A stretch of 64,000 bases of DNA, taken from assembly GCF_018977255.1 (NCBI RefSeq), contig NW_024704742.1:5210001-5274000 (forward strand). The letters are read 5' to 3'. This document shows, piece by piece, positions 62,959-64,000 of this stretch. The stretch's first letter is position 1. The number at the start of each line of letters is the position of its first letter. The DNA comes from Callorhinchus milii. Taxonomy: Eukaryota. The notes beneath the pieces were generated by a model. It saw nothing but the letters and a program-made list of their open reading frames with translations, was not told the origin of the DNA and searched no databases. The position numbers and the translations under genes were made by a program.

Positions 62959-63687
62959 TTCTGATTTCACAGTGTCTATCATTGCTCCATTTGTTTGGTT
63001 TATAATGGATGACAACCAACTGGGAATAATCAGCTATTTGACAACACAGTACATATAGAGTTCATCCGACATGAACAATTATTATTATTATTATTATTAT
63101 GACGTCCCAATCTGCCTAAGGTTTCCTGAAATGTAAATTCAGAAGTAGGGGAAGCTCCCCAGTACATGTCAGGATTGACTAATTGTTGGATAGCTTCCTA
63201 CCATGGTATTTGATATTATGCTCTCTCTCTAGTGTCTGACATGAAATGTGAGCCCACACCTGATCTAACTGAGTTTCCCCATCCCCTCCACCACCACCAC
63301 CAAGAAATCGGATGAAATGAGATCCTGCTTTATTTTTAGATTTACTTCCGAAGCCAATTGGACCATCTCTCTATTCCTGTATGTGTCAAGGAATGAACCT
63401 TGGAATAGTGTGCAGTTAATCTCCTCTGCCTCTAGAAATTCAAAGAGTGGAGATTTGAACATTTACTCTTGTGTTTTCCCAGGCATACCTCCAAGATATG
63501 TCTCAATTTTAAAACCATTACTAATTGTGTTTTGGCCAGAACCGAGGTCTCAGCCAGATGGTTGAAAAAGCAGAAAGTAGCCTTTTGTATGAAATCACAA
63601 AGCTGTGCAGCTCCTGCTGCTTTATGGAGATAATTTTTAGCACGAGGTAAGCAATAATTTTCACCACCAAGCTTTCGTGTTGACCAT

Positions 63688-63772
63688 TGCATGAGAAATA
63701 GGGATTTTTAGGGGCATTATGACTTGTGAAGATAAAACATAGCTGTCCCAAAAAACCCTAATTTTTCTTGCT
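63688..63772 (-). ncRNA. MIR365: mir-365 precursor (mir-365b/mir-365-2-like); mature 3p at 63698-63719
   Basis: The minus strand reads ACAGCAAGAAAAATTAGGGTTTTTTGGGACAGCTATGTTTTATCTTCACAAGTCA-TAATGCCCCTAAAAATCCCTAT-TTCTCATGC. The 3p arm is 21/22 identical to canonical miR-365-3p (UAAUGCCCCUAAAAAUCCUUAU), the arms pair, and the flanks resemble human MIR365B. Confidence 0.92.
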
Positions 63773-64000
63773 GTTGTTTAAGCACACGGGGCTTTCCAAG
63801 AAATTAAAGCTTTTCCAATACGAGAAATAGTAAATGCCTCCATCTGCATTGAGCGCCAGGAACCAGAGCTGAAAACTGTAATGAGCTCAATACACCCGGA
63901 ACTAATCAGCATTTTCTCCATAAGCTCCAGGGCTACACTAAACTTAGGATAACACAGCCTAGAGTGGGTTACATAAGAGCGACACATGAAACAGTTCAAA

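Noticed and set aside
1..64000. CRISPR array, prokaryotic operon or mir-193 in this window
   Set aside because: Repeats are dispersed retroposons or degenerate tandem arrays without unique spacers; no mir-193 mature sequence seen on either strand

Overview
Eukaryotic, repeat-rich vertebrate genomic DNA. The repeat complement (tRNA-headed Deu-domain SINEs with L2-type tails, L2, CR1, Tx1 and Penelope fragments) suggests a cartilaginous fish, probably a holocephalan such as an elephant shark or chimaera; this is inference. One protein-coding gene is recognisable: a COPRS (COPR5) orthologue on the + strand, with two clear coding exons (51034-51300 and 53510-53679) and a likely CpG-island promoter with five NRF1-type motifs at about 41.7-42.1 kb. 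A mir-365 hairpin lies convergently on the - strand at about 63.7 kb, matching the human COPRS/MIR365B arrangement. Most long ORFs in the track are repeat or low-complexity artefacts. The most unusual items are: (1) a 747-bp, TSD-flanked, non-coding, highly structured retroposed element I cannot assign to a family, with a second diverged copy that keeps its stems and a third 3' stub; (2) a Penelope-type fragment with an inverted 5' arm and a minimal hammerhead ribozyme; (3) an orphan promoter-like island at about 4 kb with three PBX/TALE decamers and a near-perfect 69-nt hairpin; (4) a 30-nt U2 snRNA 5' fragment; (5) young SINE tails that match the young L2 tail. Repeat boundaries were judged by eye and are approximate.
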